A stretch of 63,744 nucleotides of DNA, counting the filler, from Eubacteriales bacterium (GTDB lineage Bacteria > Bacillota > Clostridia > Oscillospirales > CAG-382): assembly GCA_045636665.1 (NCBI GenBank). It is 4 parts of 4 records of this genome, joined end to end, with 100 filler letters (N's around TTAATTAATTAA, not from the genome) between each part and the next. Parts side by side here need not be neighbours in the genome. Positions count along the whole stretch, not along the records: positions 1 to 30,966 come from JAZTXY010000115.1; 3 more parts are not named here. One strand, given 5' to 3'. Positions 1-9,803 of this stretch are shown piece after piece. Each line of letters starts with the position of its first letter. Position 1 is the stretch's first letter. A program made the position numbers and the translations under genes. The notes under the pieces are model-generated. The model ran no database searches. It was not told where the DNA came from and saw only the letters and a program-made list of their open reading frames with translations.

Positions 1-1271
1 AGGAATTGCAAAGCATTTTGGCTGAATCGGCTGAGCTTAACAACGCTATCGTTGCGGCAACAAGCGCGCGTGAAAGCGCACGTCTTAACGCCGAAGCGCT
101 TAAAAAGGCCGAAGAAACCGCATTTGCCGCGGTAAGTGAGGCGAGAATGTCGCTTTTCACCGCCAAAAACGAGGCTTCGGTTGCAAATGAGCGTCTTGCG
201 CTTTCTACAAGACGCGAAACCGAGCTTAAGGCGAGAATTACGCTTGCGAGCACCGCAATCGAAAAATCCGAAGCGGTCATTAAGGAATGCGTTGCCGAAA
301 TCGAGCGACTTAATGCCGAATGCTTGGAATGCGACACAATAATCGTAAGCTGTGAAAAACGTCTTTCGGACCTTATTTCGGGCAGAGAAGAAAAGGAAAA
401 GCAGTTAAACGAAATGCGCGCAAAGCAGAAAACCGTTTCTGCCGCAAAAGAGGAAGCCTTCCGCAACGTTACCGAAGCCGAAATGAAATGTAATTCGGTC
501 AACACCGAATTTGATACCGTTACGGGCAAGCTTTGGGACGAATACGAGCTTACCTATTCGGATGCCGAAAAATTCCGTCTTCCCAAGGAAAGTATGGATA
601 AGGGCGCGACCCGTCTTGCATCGCTCAAGGCGAAAATCCGTGCAATGGGCACTATTAACGTCAATGCGGTTGAGGAATACCGCGTAACCAAGGAGCGGTA
701 CGATTTCCTTACCACACAAACCGAAGACCTTAACAAAACTCGCGCATCGCTCGACCGCACTATTGCAAAGCTTGCGTCGGGCATGAAGGGAACCTTCCTT
801 GAATGCTTCGAAAAGATAAATACCGAATTTAACGCGGTATTTACCGAGCTTTTCGGAGGCGGAAGCGCAAGGGCGGAATTGACCGACCCGATGCTTCCCT
901 TGGAATGCGGTATCGATATCGTGCTTAAGGTTCCCGGAAAGAGCGTTCGTTCAATTTCGCTTCTTTCGGGCGGTGAGCAATCCTTTGCCGCAATCTCGCT
1001 TTATCTTGCGTTGCAAAGAGTTAACCCCTCGCCGTTCTGTGTGTTTGACGAAATCGAAAGTGCGCTTGACGACGTTAATATCGTTAAGCTTGCATCGTAC
1101 GTTCGTCGCAACAGCGATAAAACGCAGTATATTCTTATTACCCACCGCCGCGGCACGATGGAAAGAGCCGATACTATTTACGGCATAACCATGCGCCAAA
1201 AGGGTATCTCCGACTTTATGAAGCTTAATATGGCAAAGCTCGACGATATTATCAAGGAGTATGCCGAATAA
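1..1271 (+). CDS. smc: Chromosome segregation protein SMC, C-terminal part (5'-truncated by window edge)
   Basis: Coiled coil followed by the ABC signature LSGGEQS and Walker B FDEIESALD; upstream of ftsY. Confidence 0.95.
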   Translation, partial: ELQSILAESAELNNAIVAATSARESARLNAEALKKAEETAFAAVSEARMSLFTAKNEASVANERLALSTRRETELKARITLASTAIEKSEAVIKECVAEIERLNAECLECDTIIVSCEKRLSDLISGREEKEKQLNEMRAKQKTVSAAKEEAFRNVTEAEMKCNSVNTEFDTVTGKLWDEYELTYSDAEKFRLPKESMDKGATRLASLKAKIRAMGTINVNAVEEYRVTKERYDFLTTQTEDLNKTRASLDRTIAKLASGMKGTFLECFEKINTEFNAVFTELFGGGSARAELTDPMLPLECGIDIVLKVPGKSVRSISLLSGGEQSFAAISLYLALQRVNPSPFCVFDEIESALDDVNIVKLASYVRRNSDKTQYILITHRRGTMERADTIYGITMRQKGISDFMKLNMAKLDDIIKEYAE

Positions 1272-1307
1272 TATTTTTCCGTTTTAAATTAAGGAGCAAT
1301 TACAGCA

Positions 1308-2225
1308 ATGGGATTTTTTGATAAACTTAAAAGCGGTTTGAAAAAAACAAAGGATGCGCTTTTAAAACCGGTAAACGATCTGTTTTCATCCTACGACAAG
1401 GTAGACGACGATTTTTACGACGAGCTTTTGGATTTGCTTATAATGGCAGACGTCGGGGTTGAAACCTCCGATTATCTCGTTGAAGAATTGCGCGAAAGAT
1501 TAAAGGAAAAGAAAATCAAGGAAACCTCGCTTGCGCGTGAGGAGTTTCGCCAAATACTCACCGAATCGGTCGGTGAAAGCGGCGAATTGCAGTTCGGAAG
1601 CGGCTTGAACGTCATCCTTATCATCGGTGTAAACGGTGTAGGCAAAACGACGTCTATCGGCAAAATAACCCATTGTCTTAAGGAAAGTGGCAAAAAGGTT
1701 ATGCTTGCCGCGGCAGATACCTTCCGCGCGGCTGCTGCCGAACAGCTTACCGTTTGGGCAGACCGCAACGGAGTGCCGATAATCCGTCAAAACGAGGGCG
1801 CAGACCCTGCTGCTGTCGTTTTCGATGCGGTTTCCGCCGCTAAAAAGGCAAACGTCGACGTGCTTATCGTCGATACTGCGGGCAGATTGCATAACAAAAA
1901 GAACCTTATCGACGAGCTTGCGAAGATTAATCGCGTTATCGACCGCGAAGCGCCCGAAAGCACCCGCGAAACTCTGCTTGTGCTCGATGCTTCAACGGGT
2001 CAAAACGCGCTTATCCAGGCAAAGGAATTCGGTAAGGCGGCAAATATTACGGGGCTTGTTCTTACAAAGCTTGACGGCACCGCAAAGGGCGGTATAATTC
2101 TCGCAATCAAGCGCGAGCTTGGCATTCCCGTTAAATTCATCGGTGTCGGCGAGGGTATCGACGACCTTCGTCCCTTTAACCCGAGTGAATTCATAAACGC
2201 ATTTTTCGAGGACGAAAAAGAATGA
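1308..2225 (+). CDS. ftsY: SRP receptor GTPase FtsY
   Basis: GVNGVGKTT, DTFRAAA, DTAGR, TKLDGTAKGG. Confidence 0.97.
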   Translation: MGFFDKLKSGLKKTKDALLKPVNDLFSSYDKVDDDFYDELLDLLIMADVGVETSDYLVEELRERLKEKKIKETSLAREEFRQILTESVGESGELQFGSGLNVILIIGVNGVGKTTSIGKITHCLKESGKKVMLAAADTFRAAAAEQLTVWADRNGVPIIRQNEGADPAAVVFDAVSAAKKANVDVLIVDTAGRLHNKKNLIDELAKINRVIDREAPESTRETLLVLDASTGQNALIQAKEFGKAANITGLVLTKLDGTAKGGIILAIKRELGIPVKFIGVGEGIDDLRPFNPSEFINAFFEDEKE

Positions 2226-2824
2226 TAAAAATAGTTCTTGCAACCAACAATTCGCATAAGGTCGGTGAATTTCGCGCCGCATTTGAGCAAATGGGTGTCG
2301 AATTCGAGCTTTTAACGATAAAGGAAACCGATTTCAAGGGCGAAATAATCGAAGACGCCGATACCTTCGACGGTAACGCGCTTATAAAAGCGAAAGCGCT
2401 TTGCGACCATACCGGGCTTATTGCCATTGCCGACGACAGCGGACTTTCGGTCGATGCGCTCGACGGAGCCCCCGGTGTTTATTCCGCAAGATTCGCGGGA
2501 GTCGGCGCTACCGACGAACAAAACAACGAAAAGCTGTTGTCGCTTCTCCAATCGATGCCTAACGCAAGCCGCGATGCAAAATTCGTCTGCTCGATATGTG
2601 TCTGCCGTCCCGACGGCGAAATCCTTTATGCACACGGCGAAAGTAAAGGAATTATTATCGATGAATACCGCGGCGACGGACGTTTCGGCTACGACCCGAT
2701 ATTCTATTATCCCCCGATGAACAAAACCTTCGCCGAAATGACCAAGGATGAAAAGAACCAAATAAGTCACCGAGGCAAGGCGATAAAGGAATTGCTCAAA
2801 AGCAAAAGCTTTTTCCTAAAATAG
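2222..2824 (+). CDS. rdgB: Non-canonical purine NTP pyrophosphatase (RdgB/HAM1)
   Basis: ATNNxHK, ADDSGL, PGVYSARF, FGYDPIF, SHRG. Confidence 0.95.
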   Translation: MIKIVLATNNSHKVGEFRAAFEQMGVEFELLTIKETDFKGEIIEDADTFDGNALIKAKALCDHTGLIAIADDSGLSVDALDGAPGVYSARFAGVGATDEQNNEKLLSLLQSMPNASRDAKFVCSICVCRPDGEILYAHGESKGIIIDEYRGDGRFGYDPIFYYPPMNKTFAEMTKDEKNQISHRGKAIKELLKSKSFFLK

Positions 2825-2864
2825 ATTCACACGCAAATAATCCGAACCGAAAGGGACACACGAA

Positions 2865-3734
2865 ATGAACGCATTTCTCGACTATCTCGAATATGTCAAA
2901 AACCAGCTCGCAGATATAGGGGTTATCGATATTATCGATATCGCACTTGTCGCTTTGTTTATGTACTGGATCATAAAATTCGTACGCGGACGCCGCGCAG
3001 GCAAGCTCTTGCTCGGTGTGGGCGTTGTGTTGCTGTTGCTCTTGGTCAGCGACCTGCTCGATATGCGTGCGCTCAATTTTATCCTAAGCAGTGTCGTTTC
3101 GGTCGGTCTTATTGCAATCGTTATCGTTTTCCAGCCCGAGCTTCGCAGTGCGCTTGAAAAGGTTGGCGGAATCGGCGACAACTTCAAGGGAAAGGTTGTC
3201 GGTGACGAGGCATCTGCCATTCGCGAAGCGATCGGAGAAATCAGCGTTGCGGTTGAAGAGCTTTCAAAGAGCAAAACCGGCGCATTGATCGTTTTTGAGC
3301 GCAACACCCGTCTTGGCGACATTATCCGTACCGGCACGATAATCGATGCACATACTACGTCGTTCCTTTTGGGTAACATATTTTTCAATAAAGCACCGCT
3401 TCACGACGGCGCGGTGGTCATTCGCAACGGCAGAATTTATGCGGCGGGCTGCTTCCTTCCGCTTTCGGCTAACAACGATATCGTCAAAGAGCTCGGCACG
3501 CGCCACCGCGCGGCTATCGGTATGAGCGAAAACAGCGATGCTTTGGTGTTGGTCGTTTCCGAGGAAACCGGCTCGTTATCGGTTGCTATCGACGGAGAGC
3601 TTGACCGCAACATTTCACGCGTTAAGCTTGAATCATATCTTACAACCAACCTTCTTGGAGAAGAAAAAATGCATATTGCGCAGGTTGTAAAGGGTAAATT
3701 CTTTGGAAGAAAGGGAAATAAAGATGAAAAATAA
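2865..3734 (+). CDS. cdaA: Membrane diadenylate cyclase CdaA/DacA
   Basis: Three N-terminal TM segments; HDGA and GTRHRAA DAC motifs; VSEETG. Confidence 0.95.
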   Translation: MNAFLDYLEYVKNQLADIGVIDIIDIALVALFMYWIIKFVRGRRAGKLLLGVGVVLLLLLVSDLLDMRALNFILSSVVSVGLIAIVIVFQPELRSALEKVGGIGDNFKGKVVGDEASAIREAIGEISVAVEELSKSKTGALIVFERNTRLGDIIRTGTIIDAHTTSFLLGNIFFNKAPLHDGAVVIRNGRIYAAGCFLPLSANNDIVKELGTRHRAAIGMSENSDALVLVVSEETGSLSVAIDGELDRNISRVKLESYLTTNLLGEEKMHIAQVVKGKFFGRKGNKDEK

Positions 3735-5016
3735 AGCTCAATCCGAAGAATTAAACCGTCAGAAAAACGAAAAACTGCCACGCGTCAAAAAGGTAATCTT
3801 TTTGTTGGCGGCGCTTATCGGCGCGGTTTTCGTTTGGCTCTACGCTATCGGATACGACAGCACGCTTTTCGAACGCACCTTCGACGGCATACCCGTTGTT
3901 ATCGAGGGTGAAAACGAGCTTCGTGATTTGAAGGGCTTTACACTTGCCGAGGGTCAGGAGTTTTCCTCTATAACCGTTGTGGCAAAAGGTAAAAGAAACG
4001 AGCTTAACGAATTGTCTGTTTCGGATTTCCGCGCTGTGGTCGATATTTCAAAGGTCGAAAACGCGGGCGATCAAACCATAAACATTACCGTCTATTCTCC
4101 CAACGGAATCGAGGTAGTTTCGCAATCCTCCACTACGGTAAACCTGTTTGTTGACGAATTTACGCAACGCAACGAGCTTCTTTCGGTTTCGGTCGATATA
4201 GGCAACAAATACGTTATGGCAGAGGGAATCACCTTTGTAAACGCAATTGCAAATCCGTTGTCGGTGCTTGTTTCGGGCCCCTCCTCGATACTCGACCAAA
4301 TAGATTCCGCATACGTCGATTTTAATCTCGACGGACGTGAAATTAAGGAAGATATTTACGGCTACGGCGAAATAAAGCTTCGCGATGCTTACGGAAACAA
4401 TATCGAAAACGAATATCTTACTCTTTCCGAAACGACCGCTTACGTTACGGTAAGCGTTACCAAGCAAAAGGTATTGCCCGTACGCGTTGTATTTACCGGC
4501 GGAATGTTCGACCCGAAGGACGTAACCGTTAACGCTTCTGCGTCGGATATAACCGTTTCGGGCTCTCCGACAGCACTTGCATCGCTTGATGAATTGGTGC
4601 TTGAAATCGATGAAACCACCATCGACGGAAGCAAAAAGTTTGATTTTTCGGTCGGCTCGTTGTTGCCCGACGGCGTTACTAATGAAAGCGGCGTTTCGAA
4701 AATCAACGTTTCGGTAACTCTTCCCAAGCTTGCGGTAAGAGCATACGCAATCGGAAAAGACAACATCACCGTTATAAATCTCCCCGAGGGCAGTGTTTAC
4801 AAGGTGTCGGATAAGCTTGTTATTCAGCTTATCGGCGAGCGTGAGGCTTTTGAAGGAATCGACCGCAAATTGCTTAGCGCAACCGTTGATTTTAACCGTG
4901 TCACCGTCGAACCCGACGGAAGCTATTCGGCAAGGGCGGAAATTTCGCTCGGCGGAGAATACACGGGAATATATATCCACAACATAGACTATATCGTAAA
5001 CTTTACGATCGAATAA
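3724..5016 (+). CDS. cdaR: CdaR/YbbR-domain regulator of CdaA
   Basis: Single TM plus repeated beta-rich YbbR-like segments, directly after cdaA; start moved to ATG 3724. Confidence 0.8.
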   Translation: MKNKAQSEELNRQKNEKLPRVKKVIFLLAALIGAVFVWLYAIGYDSTLFERTFDGIPVVIEGENELRDLKGFTLAEGQEFSSITVVAKGKRNELNELSVSDFRAVVDISKVENAGDQTINITVYSPNGIEVVSQSSTTVNLFVDEFTQRNELLSVSVDIGNKYVMAEGITFVNAIANPLSVLVSGPSSILDQIDSAYVDFNLDGREIKEDIYGYGEIKLRDAYGNNIENEYLTLSETTAYVTVSVTKQKVLPVRVVFTGGMFDPKDVTVNASASDITVSGSPTALASLDELVLEIDETTIDGSKKFDFSVGSLLPDGVTNESGVSKINVSVTLPKLAVRAYAIGKDNITVINLPEGSVYKVSDKLVIQLIGEREAFEGIDRKLLSATVDFNRVTVEPDGSYSARAEISLGGEYTGIYIHNIDYIVNFTIE

Positions 5017-5051
5017 ATTCATTTTAAAATTTCCAGTAAAGAGGTGAGTAT

Positions 5052-7160
5052 ATGAACAACCGTGAATGGCTTGTTCGCCAAACGGATGAAGCTCTGAGTC
5101 GAAAAGTAGCATCGGAATGTCATCTTTTTCCGCTTACCGCAAAGATACTTGTTAATCGCGGCCTTACCGATAAAGAAGAAATAAAAAAATTCCTCGAGCG
5201 TGATACAATGCCGCTTTACGACCCCTTCCTTTTGCCCGATATGGACAAGGCGGCGGCAAGAATAAACGAGGCAATAGAAAAGAAACAGCGCGTTTGCATT
5301 TATGGCGACTATGACGTCGACGGCGTAACAAGCACGGTGTTGCTCTATCTTTACCTCTGCTCGCGCGGGTTGGAATGCGAATATTTCATTCCCGAGCGCA
5401 TATCCGAGGGCTACGGACTGAGCTTGCCCGTTATTGAAAAGATGAAGGGCAGAGTAGACCTTATCATCACCGTCGATACGGGTGTTACCGCGGTTGCCGA
5501 AGCGCAATATGCAAAAAGCATCGGTATCGATATGGTCATCACCGACCACCACTCCTGCCGCGACATTTTGCCCGAAGCGATAGCTGTCGTAAACCCCCAC
5601 CGCGAGGACAGTAAATACCCGTTCCTTAACCTTGCGGGTGTAGGCGTTGTATTTAAGCTCCTTTGCGCTCTTGAGGGCAACACCGAAAGAATACTCGAGC
5701 TTTATTCAGATATAATAGCAGTAGGCACGGTTGCCGACGTTATGCCGATAATCGACGAAAATCGCCGTATTACGGGGGTCGGACTCAACAAGCTTGCCGA
5801 AACCGATAATTTGGGACTTCTTGCGCTTATGCGCCGCGCGGGTATCGTTAAATACGGCAAACGCGTTAAGAAGATAACCTCTGCGACCGTGGGCTACGTT
5901 TTGGCGCCCCGAATCAATGCGGCAGGCAGAATCGCCTGCGCTTCGCGCGCTGTCGAGCTGCTTCTTACAAAAGACGAGCAAGAGGCGGATACGATTGCCG
6001 AGGAGCTTTGCGAAATCAACAAGCTTCGTCAAACGACCGAGCAAAAGATATATGAGCAAGCTGTCGAAATGATTGAAAATTCGGGCAAGGATGACAGATT
6101 TTTGGTGCTCGCCTATGACGGCTGGCATCAAGGTGTTATCGGTGTAGTAGCGTCTAAAATTGCCGAAAAATATTCCCGTCCCTGCATTTTGTTCTCGCTT
6201 GACGGCGATACTGCAAAGGGCTCGGGCAGAAGCATCAAGGGCTTTTCGCTTATGGATGCGCTTTCCTCGTGCGGCGATTGTCTGCTTGAATACGGCGGAC
6301 ACGAGCTTGCCGCAGGACTTTCTATTGAAAGATCGAAGATTGATGAATTCCGAAGAAGAATCAATGAATATGCAAACCCGATTTTCGGTGAGCACGAGCA
6401 CGTTTCGCCGCTTGAAATCGAATGCGCCGTTAATTTCCGCGACCTTAGCGAAAACGCAATCGATGAAATTTTGCGTTTAGAGCCGTTTGGACTCTCAAAC
6501 CCTCAACCCGTCTTGGTTATTCGCAACGTCAGTGTAAATGACATAATGCCTCTTTCGCAGGGTAAACACGTGCGCTTCCGCATAAGCGGTGTCGAAAACG
6601 GCAGAAGCTATTCGTTAAACGCGGTCAATTTCGGCGCGCCCTTTGAAAGCTTCCCTTATTATGACGGCGATGTTTGCGATATTGCTTTTACCGTCGAAAT
6701 GAACGAATATATGGGCACTCGCACACCGCAGATCTTCGTTAAGGAAATGAAGCTCGCATCGGGCGATGAGGATGAAATCGGCGAAAGCGAACGCAATTTC
6801 AAAATTCTTGCGTCGGGCGGCAGCTATAAGGATGCCGAAAAGGATATTCCCGACCTTGCCGAATTCCGTAACGTTTTCCGTTATATCCGCCGCGAGGCAG
6901 GACACGAGGGCACGACTCTTTCGTTGACCTCTGCAAGAAGAACGCTCGAACACGAATTCGACATACCTGTAACTCTTACGAAATTCAGAATAATTCTTGA
7001 GGTTTTAAGCGAACAAAAGCTGATTTCGCTTGAATACCGCAACAGAAATGCAGTCGTTTTGACTATGACTCCGTCGGCAGGAAAGATAAATATCGATGAA
7101 TCGCCCCTGCTTTGCGCAGTTCGTGCAGGAATAACACAAAAGGTAGATAAAGATGCTTAA
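5052..7160 (+). CDS. recJ: ssDNA-specific exonuclease RecJ
   Basis: GDYDVDG, TVDTG, TDHH, APRINAAGR, GGHELAAG. Confidence 0.96.
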   Translation: MNNREWLVRQTDEALSRKVASECHLFPLTAKILVNRGLTDKEEIKKFLERDTMPLYDPFLLPDMDKAAARINEAIEKKQRVCIYGDYDVDGVTSTVLLYLYLCSRGLECEYFIPERISEGYGLSLPVIEKMKGRVDLIITVDTGVTAVAEAQYAKSIGIDMVITDHHSCRDILPEAIAVVNPHREDSKYPFLNLAGVGVVFKLLCALEGNTERILELYSDIIAVGTVADVMPIIDENRRITGVGLNKLAETDNLGLLALMRRAGIVKYGKRVKKITSATVGYVLAPRINAAGRIACASRAVELLLTKDEQEADTIAEELCEINKLRQTTEQKIYEQAVEMIENSGKDDRFLVLAYDGWHQGVIGVVASKIAEKYSRPCILFSLDGDTAKGSGRSIKGFSLMDALSSCGDCLLEYGGHELAAGLSIERSKIDEFRRRINEYANPIFGEHEHVSPLEIECAVNFRDLSENAIDEILRLEPFGLSNPQPVLVIRNVSVNDIMPLSQGKHVRFRISGVENGRSYSLNAVNFGAPFESFPYYDGDVCDIAFTVEMNEYMGTRTPQIFVKEMKLASGDEDEIGESERNFKILASGGSYKDAEKDIPDLAEFRNVFRYIRREAGHEGTTLSLTSARRTLEHEFDIPVTLTKFRIILEVLSEQKLISLEYRNRNAVVLTMTPSAGKINIDESPLLCAVRAGITQKVDKDA

Positions 7161-9357
7161 ACAAGCCGAATCACTTTTTGCCCGTATTAAAGAAGCGGGC
7201 ATATACGATTACGAAAAAATATATAAAGCTTACGAATATGCGGAAAAGCTCCACGAAGGACAAAAACGCATATCGGGTGAGGAATATATCGTCCATCCGC
7301 TGTCGGTAGCCGAGGAGGTTTTGAATCTCCAATTAGATACCGATTCTATCTGCGCGGCATTTTTGCACGATACGGTAGAGGATTGCGGCGAAAAGGTCGA
7401 CCTTTCGGTTATTAAAAAGGAATTCGGGTCCGACGTTGCCGAAATTGTCGACGGTGTCACCAAGCTTGTCCATATCCCCTTTGAAACAAAGCAGGATGAA
7501 AGCATTGAAAACCTGCGTAAGATGTTCCTTGCGATGAGCAAGGACCTGCGCGTTATTTTCGTCAAGCTTTGCGACCGCTTGCATAATATGCGTACGCTCG
7601 ACGTGCGCTCTCCCGAAAAGCAAAGGTCGATAGCGCTTGAAACGATGCACGTTTATGCGCCGCTTGCCCACCGTTTGGGTATCCAAAAGATAAAGAACGA
7701 GCTTGAAACTCTTGCTCTTTACTATCTCGACCCGATAGGATATGCCGAGGTTTCGGACGATATCAACAAGCGCTATGGCGAAAGTAAGGACTTCCTTGAC
7801 CGTGCAACCGAAAAGGTTGCCGAAAGTTTGCACTCTTATAACGTCAAGTTCACGCTTTCGGGCAGAGTTAAAACGATATACAGCATCTATAAAAAGATGT
7901 ACAACCAAAGCAAGCAGTTCGATGAAATTTACGATTTTTACGCTTTGCGTATCATCGTCGACACCGAGCTTGATTGCTATACCGCGCTCGGCATAATTCA
8001 CGAGCAATTCAATTCCATCCCCGGCAGATTCAAGGACTATATTTCCACTCCGAAGCCCAATATGTACCGTTCTTTGCACACCACCGTTATCGGTAAGGAG
8101 GGTATTCCCTTTGAGGTTCAGATAAGAACGTGGGAAATGCATCAGGTTGCGGAATTCGGTATTGCGGCGCATTGGAAATATAAAACCGGCGAGCAGGTCA
8201 AGGCGGATATCGATGCGAAGCTTCAATGGATTCGTACCCTTGTCGAAACCGAAAAGGACGTTGACGACCCCGACGAATTTTTCCGCCCTCTTAAGATCGA
8301 CCTTTTCGAGGATGAAATTTTCGTTTTCACCCCCAAGGGCGACGTTGTCAACCTTCCCAACAACAGTACGCCTATCGATTTTGCCTATGCCATCCACTCC
8401 GCGGTCGGCAACAAGATGGTCGGCGCAAAGGTAAACGGCAATATCGTGCCGATCGATTCGATTCTTGAAACGGGACAGATCGTTGAGGTATTAACGAGTG
8501 CTTCGTCAAAAGGTCCCTCGCGCGATTGGCTCAAAATCGTACGGTCGGGCGAAGCGCGAAACAAAATAAGACAGTATTTCAAAAAGGAAATGCGCCCCGA
8601 AAATATCAACGTGGGCAGAACCGAGCTTGAACGCGAAATAAAGCGCTACGGCAGACAGTATACAGAAGCGCAAAAGAACGAGATTATGAAAAATCTCGCA
8701 AACCGCTTGTCGCTTCCCGACGTTGAAGACCTTTACAACAACATCGGCTACGGCGGACTTTCGGTGTCGAAAATTGCCGTAAAGCTCCGCGAGGAGTTTA
8801 TGCGTGTTGTTTGTCCCCAAACCGAGGTTGCGCCCGTTATTCCGTTGGAAACGGTGCAATCCTCGCGTTACGATAAAACCTCGCGCAGTAATGCCGACAG
8901 TGTTATTGTTGACAGTGTCGAGGGCTGCACGGTTAAGTTTGCAAAATGCTGTAATCCGCTTCCGGGCGACAGCATTATCGGCTATATCACGCGCGGCTAC
9001 GGCGTTTCTATTCATAAATACGATTGTCCCAACGCGCAAAGCGGACTTTCCAACCCCAACGATAAGGACCGTTGGGTGGTCGCTTCGTGGTCGGAAAAGC
9101 TCAACCGTCAAACCGTCGGCAGCTTCGAAGCGGTTTTGAGCATTATAGCGGAATATACACCCCACCTTATTGCCGACATCACTCTTGCGCTTACCGATAT
9201 GAAGGTGGCTATCACGTCGCTCGCAACCCGTGAAAACGCAGGCGAAATGATAACGCTTGTCGGTATCAAGTGCAGCGGTGTCGACCATTTAAAGAACATT
9301 ATTTCCAGCCTCCACCGCATAAAAGGCGTGCGTGAGGTTTCCAGAGGAAGCTTATGA
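7153..9357 (+). CDS. relA: Bifunctional (p)ppGpp synthetase/hydrolase Rel
   Basis: HD domain (LHDTVED), RFKDYI, YRSLHT, EVQIRT, TGS, C-terminal ACT domain. Confidence 0.96.
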   Translation: MLKQAESLFARIKEAGIYDYEKIYKAYEYAEKLHEGQKRISGEEYIVHPLSVAEEVLNLQLDTDSICAAFLHDTVEDCGEKVDLSVIKKEFGSDVAEIVDGVTKLVHIPFETKQDESIENLRKMFLAMSKDLRVIFVKLCDRLHNMRTLDVRSPEKQRSIALETMHVYAPLAHRLGIQKIKNELETLALYYLDPIGYAEVSDDINKRYGESKDFLDRATEKVAESLHSYNVKFTLSGRVKTIYSIYKKMYNQSKQFDEIYDFYALRIIVDTELDCYTALGIIHEQFNSIPGRFKDYISTPKPNMYRSLHTTVIGKEGIPFEVQIRTWEMHQVAEFGIAAHWKYKTGEQVKADIDAKLQWIRTLVETEKDVDDPDEFFRPLKIDLFEDEIFVFTPKGDVVNLPNNSTPIDFAYAIHSAVGNKMVGAKVNGNIVPIDSILETGQIVEVLTSASSKGPSRDWLKIVRSGEARNKIRQYFKKEMRPENINVGRTELEREIKRYGRQYTEAQKNEIMKNLANRLSLPDVEDLYNNIGYGGLSVSKIAVKLREEFMRVVCPQTEVAPVIPLETVQSSRYDKTSRSNADSVIVDSVEGCTVKFAKCCNPLPGDSIIGYITRGYGVSIHKYDCPNAQSGLSNPNDKDRWVVASWSEKLNRQTVGSFEAVLSIIAEYTPHLIADITLALTDMKVAITSLATRENAGEMITLVGIKCSGVDHLKNIISSLHRIKGVREVSRGSL

Positions 9358-9803
9358 GAGCAGTTGTACAACGTGTCCACAGCGCGCAATGCGTTGTGGA
9401 CGGTGAAGTAGTTTCAAAAATCGAAAAGGGCTTGGTCGCTTATATCGGCGTTTTTGACGACGATACCGAGGAAGACCTTTTGAAAATGGCAAATAAAATT
9501 TCGGGCTTGCGTGTTTTTATCGACGAGCAGGGAAAATTATCGCTTAACGCATCTGCTGTCGGCGGAAGCGTTATGCTTATTTCCAATTTTGTGCTTGCAG
9601 GCAGAGTAACGCGCGGATTCCGTCCCGATTGCACACACGCCGCAAAATATGATGATGGCAAAAAAATGTTCGATGCGCTCACTTCGGAAATCGGCAAGGT
9701 TTTGCCGACGGTTACGGGCGTTTTTGGCGCGCATATGGATATTTTGGTGCATAACGACGGTCCTATTAATGTAATAATAGATACACGGGAGCTTCGTAAA
9801 TGA
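9354..9803 (+). CDS. dtd: D-aminoacyl-tRNA deacylase
   Basis: MRAVVQRV, GVFGAHM, NDGP; follows rel. Confidence 0.92.
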   Translation: MRAVVQRVHSAQCVVDGEVVSKIEKGLVAYIGVFDDDTEEDLLKMANKISGLRVFIDEQGKLSLNASAVGGSVMLISNFVLAGRVTRGFRPDCTHAAKYDDGKKMFDALTSEIGKVLPTVTGVFGAHMDILVHNDGPINVIIDTRELRK

